64,000 nt of DNA from a virus. The first letter of the stretch is position 1; each line of letters begins with the position of its first letter. This document shows, one piece after another, positions 35,125 through 45,309 of this stretch. The stretch covers positions 96,001 to 160,000 of the IMG/VR virus record IMGVR_UViG_3300045988_082442. One strand, 5' to 3'. The position numbers and the translations under genes are program-made. Under the pieces are notes generated by a model. The model ran no database searches. It was not told the origin of the DNA and worked only from the letters and a program-made list of their open reading frames with translations.

Positions 35125-35156
35125 ATATTTTTTGAATATTTTTTCATTTTAATTTC

Positions 35157-35192
35157 TTTCTATAGCTATTTAAAATACTATAGATATAGAGT
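35157..35192 (+). repeat. isolated degenerate CRISPR repeat
   Basis: TTTCTATAGCTATTTAAAATACTATAGATATAGAGT compared with GTTTTATAGCTATGTAAAATGACACAGATGTGAAAG (about three quarters identical by eye). Confidence 0.5.
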
Positions 35193-35228
35193 TAAAGACA
35201 TCCTATATACAAAGAAATATTCTAATTT

Positions 35229-35252
35229 AAAGGCAGAGAAATCTGCCTTTTT
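35229..35252 (+). terminator. intrinsic terminator
   Basis: AAAGGCAGA-gaaa-TCTGCCTTT continuing into TTTTT. Confidence 0.8.
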
Positions 35253-35261
35253 AATTTATTA

Positions 35262-35298
35262 AAAAATGCTTGACAAAATTTAAAACTTATACTATACT
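35262..35298 (+). promoter_or_regulatory. class-1 conserved phage promoter copy
   Basis: AAAAATGCTTGACAAAATTTAAAACTTATAC then TATACT. Confidence 0.7.
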
Positions 35299-35338
35299 TA
35301 TTATAATAAGATGTTAATATATAGGAGGGGTGATTATA

Positions 35339-35797
35339 ATGACAAATGATTTAATAATTAGAAAAATAAATAATATTGATATATACGATTTAGAAGATGA
35401 GCAGATATTTGAATTAAAAGATACAATAGTTAAAAATGTAAATTTAAAACAGTTAAGAGAATCAGTAAATAAAGCAGTCTTAAATTTATCAGGGGTTGGG
35501 GACCCTACTTGGAATGCAGACTTAAACTTCATAGCATTAGATAACCAGAAAAGATTAAATATAGTCTATATGCTTATAAGCAATTTGGAGATGTTTGAAA
35601 TTAGTGTTTCTAATATCAAGAAGAATAAATATGGTTGTGCAATGGATTCAGAACAGTCATTGAGATTTTTAGGAATAACAAAAGATTTAGTAGATACAGT
35701 CATCAAGTTTGGAGAGTTTAAAATAGATGAAGCATACCAGAATAAGCTAGAACTAGAAGAAAACAAGAGATTAGAATTAGAAGGAGGGAATAACTAA
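35339..35797 (+). CDS. hypothetical protein
   Basis: ATG 35339 (MTNDLIIRK) after AGGAGGGG. Confidence 0.5.
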   Translation: MTNDLIIRKINNIDIYDLEDEQIFELKDTIVKNVNLKQLRESVNKAVLNLSGVGDPTWNADLNFIALDNQKRLNIVYMLISNLEMFEISVSNIKKNKYGCAMDSEQSLRFLGITKDLVDTVIKFGEFKIDEAYQNKLELEENKRLELEGGNN

Positions 35798-35927
35798 TAG
35801 AACCAGATATGAAGAAGTTAGATTATGCTTACAAAGAAAATCAAAGAAAGAAGAATGTTAAAGAATATCAAGATAAGTTCTTTAAGAAAATAACAAAGAA
35901 TAAATACCAAGGAAAGAGGGTGTAAAT

Positions 35928-36146
35928 ATGCAGACATTGAATAAAATATTAAAATTAAAAGAAGATACTTATAATAAACTATTACAATCAGGAATTACAG
36001 TTGATTTAGCAAAGCAAGCATCTGAACTAACATATCAAATAAATGTATTAAGTGCAACACCAGAAGATTTAAAGAATGATGCTAATCTAAAAGCAGAATT
36101 TGAAAGATTTTGTAGGGAGGCACAAAATGATGAAAATAGGGGATAG
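35928..36146 (+). CDS. hypothetical protein
   Basis: 72-aa ORF. Confidence 0.45.
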   Translation: MQTLNKILKLKEDTYNKLLQSGITVDLAKQASELTYQINVLSATPEDLKNDANLKAEFERFCREAQNDENRG

Positions 36147-36312
36147 AATAATATCAGTAAGAACAGGTGAAACTGGTACTGTTGTTACAGGACCAGAAGA
36201 GATACTAGGTATAATAAATTACGGTATTGAGTTTGATAACCCAGAAGCAAGAAAGTTATTCAATCCATTTTATGTACCAGAAGAATTATTAGTAAGTTTA
36301 AAAGAATATTAG
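36127..36312 (+). CDS. hypothetical protein
   Basis: ATG 36127 (MMKIGDRIISV) after GGGAGG. Confidence 0.45.
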   Translation: MMKIGDRIISVRTGETGTVVTGPEEILGIINYGIEFDNPEARKLFNPFYVPEELLVSLKEY

Positions 36313-36325
36313 GGGGGGTATTGTT

Positions 36326-36703
36326 ATGATAATAGAAACAACATTTAATGATAATGATTTCACACATATATTAGATGAATATTGGAGTAGGTTTAGATTT
36401 GTAAATTATTACTATGGACTAGATAGAATAGAAGACCCAGCAGTATATAGAGATGCAAGAATAGATATGGAAAGCTTAATTGAAAAAGCAGTGTATAATG
36501 ATTTAGACCAAGAAGAATCAAAAAGGTTTTTATTATATATTAAAACCAGCATATTGGAATTTATAAAGGATAACTATCGAGATGATTATATATATTTAAG
36601 TGATAATTTTAAAGTTGCAATTAAGAAGTCAGTAGAAGATAAAAATTATAATGGAGAAATAGTATATTATTTCTTAACTAATAATGTATATATAACTATG
36701 TAG
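36326..36703 (+). CDS. hypothetical protein
   Basis: 125-aa ORF after GGGGGG. Confidence 0.5.
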   Translation: MIIETTFNDNDFTHILDEYWSRFRFVNYYYGLDRIEDPAVYRDARIDMESLIEKAVYNDLDQEESKRFLLYIKTSILEFIKDNYRDDYIYLSDNFKVAIKKSVEDKNYNGEIVYYFLTNNVYITM

Positions 36704-36743
36704 ATGTTATACTTATTAGATAAATAATATTGGAGGTAGAAAA

Positions 36744-37916
36744 GTGAATTTATTAGATAGTGTAGAAATTCAGAAATTAGAAGAGGATATAAAAAGATAT
36801 GCAAAAGCGTACTACGAGGGAAAAGCTCAAATCTCTGACTATGAGTTCGACAAACTTACAGATAGATTAAGAGATTTAAAACCAGACTCAACTGTATTAA
36901 GAACACCGGGATGGGGATATGAACAAACTGGTACAAAAGTAAAACATAAATATCAAATAGTTAAAAGTTTGGATAAGTGCAGAACATTTGATGAAATTCC
37001 AGAAAGATTTACAAATAAATCAGTAGCATTATCACCAAAACTAGATGGTCTTACAGGTGTATTCTATTATAAAAATGGTAGACTTATAAAAGCAATAACA
37101 AGAGGAAATGGAACAGAAGGCAAGGATATTACAGATAAAGCAAGACTAATAGTAGGTAATGAAATATTAGATAAGAACTTTACAGGTGGTGTTAGAGGTG
37201 AACTTGAAATTTCTAATACTAACTGGGAAATAATAAAGAGCAAATACCCAGAAGCTAAGAATGCAAGGAACTTATGTGCAGGTTGGATAAATTCAAAAGA
37301 CTATAATCCAGATGAAATAAAAATGATAGATTTTATTACTTATAAGGTAACTGGACAAGAAAGAGAAGAAGGAAAAGAAGATATATTTTATGATTTATCA
37401 AAAGTAGATAATATTGGTGAGATATGCTTTAATAGCAATCCAACTAAGTTTAATGTTATAGACTGGCTATCATATAACTTTAAAAATACAATACCAAAGG
37501 TACAAGCAACATTAACAAGAGATGGGTTTCAAGAATTTATGCAAAAGGTATTTACTGAATTTAAAACAAGTGATAGATATAATTTAGATTACGAACTAGA
37601 TGGTATTGTTATATCTGATATAGATGTAATATATCATAGAGCAGAAAATTCATATATTTATGATGAGTGTGCCTTTAAATTTGCAGCTGAATCTGCTGAG
37701 GCTAAGGTTACAGGAATTACTTGGAATATGACAAGAACACAAAGATTAGTTCCCATTGTTCAGTTTGAACCTGTATTTTTATCTGGTGCTGTTTTACAAA
37801 ATGCTACTGGACACAATGCAAAGTTTATATTAGATAATGAAATAAAAATTGGTTCTACTATTGAGATTTGCAGAAGTAATGAAGTAATTCCTTATATAAA
37901 GAAGGTAGTTGATTAA
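36744..37916 (+). CDS. ligA: NAD-dependent DNA ligase, N-terminal fragment (Ia, adenylation, OB domains)
   Basis: YYEGKAQISDYEFDKL (Ia), motif I SPKLDGLTGV, later ELDGIVI, OB end SNEVIPYIKKV; stops exactly before the expected Zn finger. Confidence 0.8.
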   Translation: MNLLDSVEIQKLEEDIKRYAKAYYEGKAQISDYEFDKLTDRLRDLKPDSTVLRTPGWGYEQTGTKVKHKYQIVKSLDKCRTFDEIPERFTNKSVALSPKLDGLTGVFYYKNGRLIKAITRGNGTEGKDITDKARLIVGNEILDKNFTGGVRGELEISNTNWEIIKSKYPEAKNARNLCAGWINSKDYNPDEIKMIDFITYKVTGQEREEGKEDIFYDLSKVDNIGEICFNSNPTKFNVIDWLSYNFKNTIPKVQATLTRDGFQEFMQKVFTEFKTSDRYNLDYELDGIVISDIDVIYHRAENSYIYDECAFKFAAESAEAKVTGITWNMTRTQRLVPIVQFEPVFLSGAVLQNATGHNAKFILDNEIKIGSTIEICRSNEVIPYIKKVVD

Positions 37917-37917
37917 T

Positions 37918-38679
37918 ATGTATGGTTATATCTATTTAGTGCATGACAGTCTAAATAATAGACATTATATAGGACAACACAAATGGACAAAGTATGAATT
38001 ATTAGACGAAGATTACACAAGAGGGTCTGAAAAAGCATTTAGAGATTCCCATGGATTTGATTTATTTAAGATAGACCCAAATTATTTAGGTTCAGGAAAA
38101 CATTTACAAAATGCAATTAAAAAATATGGTAAGAATTATTTTTATATACAAGATATACTTGATATTGCAGAAACAAAACAGGAGTTGAATAAAAAAGAGA
38201 AAGAATGTATTAGACATTATAAATATGTATTAGGTTATAATCTATACAATATTAGTGAGGGTGGTGATGGAGGATATACTGGTAAAGATATTAGTGGTAA
38301 GAATAACCCAATGTATGGAAAACATCATACAGAAGAAACTAAACAGAAATTAAGAGAAATTATGAAATCTAAGGATTTTGAATATTTTAAAACAGACCCT
38401 AGATTTAGACATTATGGCAAAGATAATGGAATGTATGGTAAAAATCATACTGAAGAATCAAAGGAGAGAAACAGGAAAAAACATTTAGGAAAGAAAGTAT
38501 CTGATGAAACAAGAAATAAAATGAGAAAATCACATAACCCAAATAATATGCCCCCAAATCTACAAGGATATAGAGGAATGAATAATGGAATAATATATAC
38601 AAAAATACCACCAGATAAAATAGATAAATACTTGAGTGATGGTTGGAAGTTTGGAAGAATTAAAAAGGAGGATAAATAA
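37918..38679 (+). mobile_element. free-standing GIY-YIG homing endonuclease gene splitting ligA
   Basis: MYGYIYLVHD...HYIGQ, YNISEGG, NUMOD3-like GKNNPMYGKHHTEETKQKL and GKDNGMYGKNHTEESKERN. Confidence 0.85.
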
Positions 38680-39566
38680 TGAATAGATGTGTAAATTTAG
38701 AAGAGAGTGAATATTTACCTACACAATGCCCAGCCTGTGGACATAATTTGGAGTGGGTTGGTGTTGATTTAAAATGTGTAAACACAGAATGTCCACATAT
38801 AGCAGAGAGTGATTTGGAACAGTGGTGTACTATTGTAGGAGAAACAGATGGGTTAGCATGGGTAACAATGAAGCAATATTTAGATAAATTCAATATACAT
38901 AATACAGATGATTTATATAAGAATATAAATACAATGATAGCTACATTACAAGGTGGTAATGCTTCTATAACAGATAAAAAGATTGTAGAGTTTCTAAATA
39001 AGTTATATAAAGATATGATACCAGTAGAAAAAGCATTGATGGGATTAAATATACCAAGATTAAGTGAACAGACAGCAAAATTATTAAATAAAGAGAAAGA
39101 GTTAGTACATGATTTAATGACAATAGGTTCTCAATATACTACTGTAAAGGATAGAGATATGATTTCTATTCCAGATACATTAAAGAATAAACTATTAGGA
39201 TTAGTTAAAGAAGCAACAACAGAATCTATATTAAGTAATTTAGGAAAGTTGAACACACTACATTATTTATATGAACAAGATACACCTAGAATTATATTCA
39301 ATGACAATACTGATGAAATTATAAAGGTTGCTGTTACTGGCTCATTAGAGAGTATGAAAAGAAGTGCTTTTGAGAAGTATATACAAAGTTATGGATATGA
39401 ATTATCTAGTAGTATTAAATCTTGTAAATATTTAATAACTAATAATCCGAACAGTGGTTCAAGCAAGAATAAAGATGCCCAAAAATATGGTGTTGAAATC
39501 ATAACTGAAAAAGAATTTTTAGATAAATTAGGTAAGGTAACTACTAAATCTAATACATTGTTTTAA
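38679..39566 (+). CDS. ligA: NAD-dependent DNA ligase, C-terminal fragment (Zn finger, HhH, BRCT)
   Basis: CPACGHNLEW...CVNTECPH, then a helical region, then BRCT-like VAVTGSLESMKR...YLITNNPNSGSSKNKDAQKYGVEIITEKEF. Confidence 0.8.
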   Translation: MNRCVNLEESEYLPTQCPACGHNLEWVGVDLKCVNTECPHIAESDLEQWCTIVGETDGLAWVTMKQYLDKFNIHNTDDLYKNINTMIATLQGGNASITDKKIVEFLNKLYKDMIPVEKALMGLNIPRLSEQTAKLLNKEKELVHDLMTIGSQYTTVKDRDMISIPDTLKNKLLGLVKEATTESILSNLGKLNTLHYLYEQDTPRIIFNDNTDEIIKVAVTGSLESMKRSAFEKYIQSYGYELSSSIKSCKYLITNNPNSGSSKNKDAQKYGVEIITEKEFLDKLGKVTTKSNTLF

Positions 39567-39575
39567 GGTATAAAG

Positions 39576-39626
39576 AGGGTTTTTACAAATTTATAACAAT
39601 TTTATAACAAATTTTGTAAAAACCCT
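39576..39626 (+). terminator. long hairpin (14-bp stem) after ligA, overlapping the next promoter's -35
   Basis: AGGGTTTTTACAAA ... TTTGTAAAAACCCT; the loop carries the direct repeat TTATAACA x2. Confidence 0.5.
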
Positions 39627-39654
39627 TGACATTTTTTAAAACTTATAATAATAT
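39618..39654 (+). promoter_or_regulatory. class-1 promoter variant
   Basis: AAAAACCCTTGACATTTTTTAAAACTTATAA then TAATAT. Confidence 0.6.
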
Positions 39655-39681
39655 AAGCAAAGAGGTAGGAGGTGTAACACA

Positions 39682-42432
39682 ATGGGAAATTTATTTAATT
39701 TATTGAACAATCCACCTAAAAGTGAGTTACCAAAGTATTTGAAAGGAATTACAAAATCAGTTGATATTGAAAACTGTAGAACAATGGTAAATACATTTGT
39801 AGAAGGAGTTAATTTTACAGGGGATAAGTTAATTCAATATTGTATATCAAATAACATACCTTATTTTACAAGAGGTGAATATGATGTATTTACACTAGAA
39901 GAAGTTGAATATATAATAAATGATTTGAATACATTAAAAGCTTTAGAACTCGTTTTTGATGATTTTAAAAAGAAATTTCCAAAAAGACATATAGATATGT
40001 CATTAGAACAGTTTAAGAAGAAACTGTTAAAACTAGATTTAATAAAAGATGGAGAGGAGTTGAACAAATATATGAGGTACACAAATGATACAGTAGAGTA
40101 TGTCAGAAGATTAGGTACAGAACATACAATAGAAGAATGTTTGGAAATAATAAAAGTAGACAAACCTGAATTATCAATGACAGCAGATAGACTAAATGAG
40201 ATGAAGGATAGATACTTAATCAAATTTGTTAAAGATGAGGGGATGTTTACAGAATCACAGATTGAAATGATAAAAGTATTAGCAAGAACAGAAACAGTCA
40301 AAAATACATATTTAAGAATGAGAGAGTTATATGGAATACCATGTGGATACTTAGAGTTTATTGAACAAATAAGTAGATTAAAGGCATTATCAATATATAA
40401 CATTGGTACTATAACTACACATTTAACACCATTTGAAGAAGCATATATAGAGGAATTATTAGTTTCAGAAGATAGTAATGCTGTACTATATTCTAAATTT
40501 AATAAAGCATTTCCTAATAAATATCAATATCTACAATTTGTGAAATATTTAAACGAAATTAAAACATCAAAATACAGTAATAATGAAAGCACAAACAATG
40601 ATAAATATAAAGATTTAGAAAAACTTTTAGAATCATTTAAAGGGGAAAAGACAATACAAGAATGTTTAGATGAAGCACAGAAAGATGAAAGATTTAAAGA
40701 TTGTAATTATAAATCTATTTACAACTTTATACACAGAAGAAATATACCATTTAAACAAGCAAAAAAAGGAAGAGTAGCAGGTACAAAGAATATAGATAAA
40801 AAGGATAAGACAGTATCAAGAGCTAAGGGCAGAAAGAGCATACTAGATGATATTTATGATGATTTAGTTGAAACTTTAAGTAGGGTATCAATACCAAAAA
40901 CAATTATAGAATTAAAAGAAAGATATCCAGAGAAAGCAGATAGATTAAGTTATGGTTTAATAATGCACTATGCAAAAAATCATAATATTAAAACTAAAAA
41001 GGAGACACCAGAGGAAAGACAAGATAGAATGAATAAGATGAGAGGCATAAGGGGAACAAAGAAACAGGAACAGACACAATCAAAAGATGGTAAAGTAGAT
41101 GGTAGACAAGAATTGTCTAATAAGATTTATGATGACTTAAAATCATTGTGTAAAGATTATACAAAAATGGAATGCTTAAATATTATTCGTAAGAAATACA
41201 ATGTAGACTATACTGAGACTTATATACCAAATCTAATGAATAGAAAAGGAAAACTAAAATTTAAAGTATATACAGAGTTTACAGATGATATGAAAAAGAC
41301 AATAAGTGAATTAGAAGGAACAGTAGGAAATAAGGTAAATTTATATAGGAAATTTGCAAAAGTATATCCAGGTGCTGTGTCATTAAGACAATTTTGTAAT
41401 ATGTATAATGACATGGAAAAGGCATCAGAGGAAGATACAATACATAATACAGATACTATTGGGGTATCTGCAGATGAAATTGAAAGTAAACCTATTGTAG
41501 AACCAGTTACAGAACATATAGATACAATACCAGTTAAGGAAGAAGAGCATACTGAATTTGTTGAATCAATCCAACAAAAACAACCAGTACCTGTGGAAAA
41601 ATATCAACCAATAATAGATGAGGTAAATGCAACATTTGAAAGAAAATGTAGACAGTTAGGAGTATCAGAAGATACACATCAACATACAGATGAAATCATA
41701 AAAGCATTAGGTACTATTATACAATATGCAGATAGCAAGAAACTAAACAGAATATTAAATGACCATGAAGATATATTAGAGCAATATAGAAGAGAAGTGG
41801 AACATGAAATTGAAATAGAACCTTGGTCAGATGGTGATTCTTATTGTCATAATAAATTAAAAGCAATAGGAATGAGAAGAAGAGAAGTTAAATATGCTAG
41901 AGATGACATTAATGTAATGAAAGAATTACTTGACAATATAAATACTAATATTGAACTTTATAAAAAGACATTAGAAGATTTAGAGGAGAAAAAGTTACAA
42001 AGAGAGAACTCAATATTTATTCCATTGGTGGATTCATCAATGGTAGACAGACTAGATTGGTGTAAACATGCATCTTTAAGAAGCAAAAGAGCTTATACCC
42101 CAATACTAACAACTAATGCAAAGGAAGATAGAATAAAAAGATATAAAGCACAAGGAGACAGAGATTTATGGGTAGAAAAAGAACAGACACAACCTGTATT
42201 TCAAGATAATGTAAGTAAGTCAAATAAAAATTCCCATTTAAAATCAACATATAGAGTTAAGGCAGAATTTATGGTTTTAAAAGGAAACCCTTTTGTAAAT
42301 AAATATTATGATGTTGTAACAACTAATGAAGATTTAGCAAAGGACAAAGCAATAGAGTATTTTGACTTAATAAGCTCAAATAATAATAATGCAAAATATC
42401 AAATAGTATCTGTAACAAGATTAAATAGATAA
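39682..42432 (+). CDS. large hypothetical protein (916 aa)
   Basis: RBS AGGAGG; recurrent short module T(I/M)(E/Q)ECL..(I/A); no catalytic motif recognised. Confidence 0.6.
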   Translation: MGNLFNLLNNPPKSELPKYLKGITKSVDIENCRTMVNTFVEGVNFTGDKLIQYCISNNIPYFTRGEYDVFTLEEVEYIINDLNTLKALELVFDDFKKKFPKRHIDMSLEQFKKKLLKLDLIKDGEELNKYMRYTNDTVEYVRRLGTEHTIEECLEIIKVDKPELSMTADRLNEMKDRYLIKFVKDEGMFTESQIEMIKVLARTETVKNTYLRMRELYGIPCGYLEFIEQISRLKALSIYNIGTITTHLTPFEEAYIEELLVSEDSNAVLYSKFNKAFPNKYQYLQFVKYLNEIKTSKYSNNESTNNDKYKDLEKLLESFKGEKTIQECLDEAQKDERFKDCNYKSIYNFIHRRNIPFKQAKKGRVAGTKNIDKKDKTVSRAKGRKSILDDIYDDLVETLSRVSIPKTIIELKERYPEKADRLSYGLIMHYAKNHNIKTKKETPEERQDRMNKMRGIRGTKKQEQTQSKDGKVDGRQELSNKIYDDLKSLCKDYTKMECLNIIRKKYNVDYTETYIPNLMNRKGKLKFKVYTEFTDDMKKTISELEGTVGNKVNLYRKFAKVYPGAVSLRQFCNMYNDMEKASEEDTIHNTDTIGVSADEIESKPIVEPVTEHIDTIPVKEEEHTEFVESIQQKQPVPVEKYQPIIDEVNATFERKCRQLGVSEDTHQHTDEIIKALGTIIQYADSKKLNRILNDHEDILEQYRREVEHEIEIEPWSDGDSYCHNKLKAIGMRRREVKYARDDINVMKELLDNINTNIELYKKTLEDLEEKKLQRENSIFIPLVDSSMVDRLDWCKHASLRSKRAYTPILTTNAKEDRIKRYKAQGDRDLWVEKEQTQPVFQDNVSKSNKNSHLKSTYRVKAEFMVLKGNPFVNKYYDVVTTNEDLAKDKAIEYFDLISSNNNNAKYQIVSVTRLNR

Positions 42433-42494
42433 TGTGAATACATCTAACAGTACATATTTGTTAGATGTATATTTTATATATAGGAGGATTTAAT

Positions 42495-43289
42495 ATGGGA
42501 ATAGATTATAAAACAATAAGTCATGAATTACCAGACAATTTATTATGGCTGGAAGATAGAACAATATTACTAACAAAGGCAGGTTCATACATATATGGGA
42601 CAAACATAGAAACATCAGATACAGACTATAAAGGTGTTTGTATCCCACCAAAAGAATATTATTTAGGTTTAAAATCAATAAATGAATATAATAAATCTGG
42701 TGGTAAAAACTTTGGTGAAAGAAATACCAAAGATGATATAGATATAGTTGTATGTCATATAAATAAGTTTGTAAGAGATGCTATGAATGGTATTCCAAAT
42801 AATTTAGATATACTATTTTGTAGAGATGAGGATGTAATTTATATGGATGATTTTGGTAAGGAGTTAAGAGATTTTAGACATGAGTTCTTATCAAAAGAAG
42901 TATTCAAAAAGTTCTCAGGTTACGCTTTATCACAAAAACATAAAATAGAGACTAAAAAGAATCATGGAACTGGAAGAAGAGAATTAGTAGAAGAATTTGG
43001 GTATGACTGTAAATTTGCTTATCATGCTGTAAGACTAATATTAGGTGCAACAGAAATATTAGAAACACATGATTATCATTCATATAGACCAGAAAGGGAA
43101 TGGTTAGTAGAAATAAGAAAAGGTAAATATACACTAGAAGAAATATTTGATATAATAGAAGATTTAGATGCAAAACTAAAAAGTGCTTATGAAACAAGTA
43201 CATTAAGAGAAAAACCAGATTATCATAAAATAAATAAATGGCTAATAGGTTTAAATGAAAGAGCATTGAATTATGACTTTAAAAGGTAG
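42495..43289 (+). CDS. RlaP-like nucleotidyltransferase (PF10127-type)
   Basis: ATG 42495 after AGGAGG; KAGSYIYGTNIETSDTDYKGVCIPP... Confidence 0.6.
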   Translation: MGIDYKTISHELPDNLLWLEDRTILLTKAGSYIYGTNIETSDTDYKGVCIPPKEYYLGLKSINEYNKSGGKNFGERNTKDDIDIVVCHINKFVRDAMNGIPNNLDILFCRDEDVIYMDDFGKELRDFRHEFLSKEVFKKFSGYALSQKHKIETKKNHGTGRRELVEEFGYDCKFAYHAVRLILGATEILETHDYHSYRPEREWLVEIRKGKYTLEEIFDIIEDLDAKLKSAYETSTLREKPDYHKINKWLIGLNERALNYDFKR

Positions 43290-43380
43290 TCAGCTGCCGT
43301 CAGGATTCCCTAGAAATGATTTTAAATGTTTAGACATAAAATTATAAGGTTGTAAATAAAATAGTCTTAAATATTGTTCA

Positions 43381-43417
43381 AAAAATGCTTGACAAAACTT
43401 AAAACTTATAGTATATT
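43381..43417 (+). promoter_or_regulatory. class-1 conserved phage promoter copy
   Basis: AAAAATGCTTGACAAAACTTAAAACTTATAG then TATATT. Confidence 0.7.
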
Positions 43418-43445
43418 TATAGAAACGAAGGGAGATGGGTTTTAA

Positions 43446-44213
43446 ATGGGAAATTCAAGAATAAAAACATTAAGTGATAGAATGAAAGATTATGAGTTAG
43501 CATCTGATTACAGACTAACAAAGAAAACACCTGTAATAGTGAGAATAGATGGTAAATCATTTCACACCTTTACAAAAGGATTAGATAAACCTTTTGATAG
43601 TATATTATCAGAAGCAATGAACTATGTTTGTAGAAAATTAGTAGAAACAGTACAGGGCTGTAAGTTTGCATATACACAATCAGATGAGATAAGTTTATTA
43701 TTAACAGATTGGGATAAATCAACAACAGATTGTTATTTTGATTATAGGGTACAGAAAATGGTATCAGTATTAGCTTCAGCAGCAACTATGTATTTTAATC
43801 AGTATATAGTATCAAGAGTTTTATACTGGCAAAAAGGAGAGTCAGAATTATCAGAAAAGTTATTTGATAAATGGGCTGCAAAAGCTGGTTGTGCAATGTT
43901 TGATGCAAGAGCATATAATTTGCCAAAAGAAGAAGTATGTAATTACTTTATATGGAGACAAGAAGATGCAAGCAGAAATTCTATACAGTCATTAGGCAGA
44001 AGTAGATTTTCATTTAAGCAAATGTTAAATAAAAAGAACAATGAAGTACAAGATATGCTGTTTAATGAATATGGTATAAATTGGAATCGTATAGATACTA
44101 AATGGAAAAGAGGATTTGCAGTATGTAGAGATAAAGATGGTATAAAATCAGACTTTGAGATACCATTATTTAAAAAAGATAGAGCATTTATAGACAAATA
44201 TCTTATAGTATAA
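43446..44213 (+). CDS. Thg1-like protein (tRNA-His guanylyltransferase family, 3'-5' nucleotidyltransferase)
   Basis: VIVRIDGKSFHTFTKG, AYTQSDEISLLL, and the later FDARAYNLP...NYFIWRQEDASRNS typical of Thg1/TLP. Confidence 0.8.
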   Translation: MGNSRIKTLSDRMKDYELASDYRLTKKTPVIVRIDGKSFHTFTKGLDKPFDSILSEAMNYVCRKLVETVQGCKFAYTQSDEISLLLTDWDKSTTDCYFDYRVQKMVSVLASAATMYFNQYIVSRVLYWQKGESELSEKLFDKWAAKAGCAMFDARAYNLPKEEVCNYFIWRQEDASRNSIQSLGRSRFSFKQMLNKKNNEVQDMLFNEYGINWNRIDTKWKRGFAVCRDKDGIKSDFEIPLFKKDRAFIDKYLIV

Positions 44214-44242
44214 GATGTTTATAATGATGAAAGGATATAAAA

Positions 44243-44392
44243 ATGTTTATATGTGATAAATGTAGAACTTGTAGTAAGTTTCCATTTTGCACAGTAACAG
44301 AGAGTAAAGATGGAAATTGTGGTGAATATTCCAAAAGAAATATTTACAAGTTTATAGAAGATAAATTAAAAGATATTGAGAATAAGAGGTAG
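44243..44392 (+). CDS. small Cys-rich protein (below the ORF-track cutoff)
   Basis: Hand-translated MFICDKCRTCSKFPFCTVTESKDGNCGEYSKRN..., 49 aa. Confidence 0.4.
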   Translation: MFICDKCRTCSKFPFCTVTESKDGNCGEYSKRNIYKFIEDKLKDIENKR

Positions 44393-44395
44393 AAC

Positions 44396-45013
44396 ATGCT
44401 TGAATTAGAGTTATATGGACGTTGTTATAAAAAGAATAACAATATAAAAATAAATAAAGGTATTACAGTTTTAACTGGACCAAATGGGTGTGGTAAATCT
44501 TATGCTTGTCAGCAAATAAGAGATTACCTAAAAGAAAATAATAAGAAAGTATATTTTGTAGATGTATATTCAGAGGGTAAAACTATATCACAACAATATT
44601 TAGAATATGGAGATATGGAATCATTAGCAAAGCATACAGTAGCATCAGAAGGTCAAAGAGTATTTGATACACTTATAGATAATCATGCATCAAAATTAGG
44701 GGAATTTGTTAGACAACTAATAGATAATAACCTAAAAGAAGGATATATAATTATAGATGGTGCTGATAGTGGTGTTAGTATTGATTTAATGATGTCATTG
44801 AGAAGTTTATTTAGTATGATAGAAGAGGATTGTGTAGACAGTGGAATAGATATATACATAATTATAACTTCAAATAGTTTTGAATTATGTAGAAATTACG
44901 ACTGTATCTGGATACCTACAATGGAACATTATAAAAGAGGAGATGAAGCAGATGCCTATGATTTGTGGAGACACCAATATGAAAAAATCTACAAAGAAAG
45001 AAACAAGAAATAA
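44396..45013 (+). CDS. P-loop ATPase
   Basis: Walker A GPNGCGKS, Walker B-like YIIIDGADSG. Confidence 0.6.
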   Translation: MLELELYGRCYKKNNNIKINKGITVLTGPNGCGKSYACQQIRDYLKENNKKVYFVDVYSEGKTISQQYLEYGDMESLAKHTVASEGQRVFDTLIDNHASKLGEFVRQLIDNNLKEGYIIIDGADSGVSIDLMMSLRSLFSMIEEDCVDSGIDIYIIITSNSFELCRNYDCIWIPTMEHYKRGDEADAYDLWRHQYEKIYKERNKK

Positions 45014-45269
45014 GATTGTAGAAGAATATAAAAGAATATACAGTAGAAAGTATAGAAGAGCTCATTATAAGAGTAAATGGGTATTACAATCTGGTAATCA
45101 ACTAGCAGAAGAAGATTTTAAATCTTGGTGTCAAGAATCAAAAGTTATAATGAGAAAGCATAAAGTTGGATTAATTACTGATGATGATATGTTGGGGTAT
45201 ATAAATAAATGGATAGAACAAGATGTTAAGATAAAAGAAGAAATAGATATACTTGCTTTGAGCAAGTAA
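44979..45269 (+). CDS. basic hypothetical protein
   Basis: Probable start ATG 44979 (MKKSTKKETRNK); the track start at 44880 would overlap the upstream gene by 134 nt. Confidence 0.45.
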   Translation: MKKSTKKETRNKIVEEYKRIYSRKYRRAHYKSKWVLQSGNQLAEEDFKSWCQESKVIMRKHKVGLITDDDMLGYINKWIEQDVKIKEEIDILALSK

Positions 45270-45276
45270 TAGATAT

Positions 45277-45309
45277 AAGGGTAATTTTATAACCCTTGCA
45301 GGAAACTGC
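45277..45309 (+). ncRNA. solo leader module L6 (no intact repeat follows)
   Basis: AAGGGT-aattttata-ACCCTT, GCAG-gaaa-CTGC; then GAACTATTTTTAATAGATATAAAAGC, only a faint repeat remnant. Confidence 0.6.
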
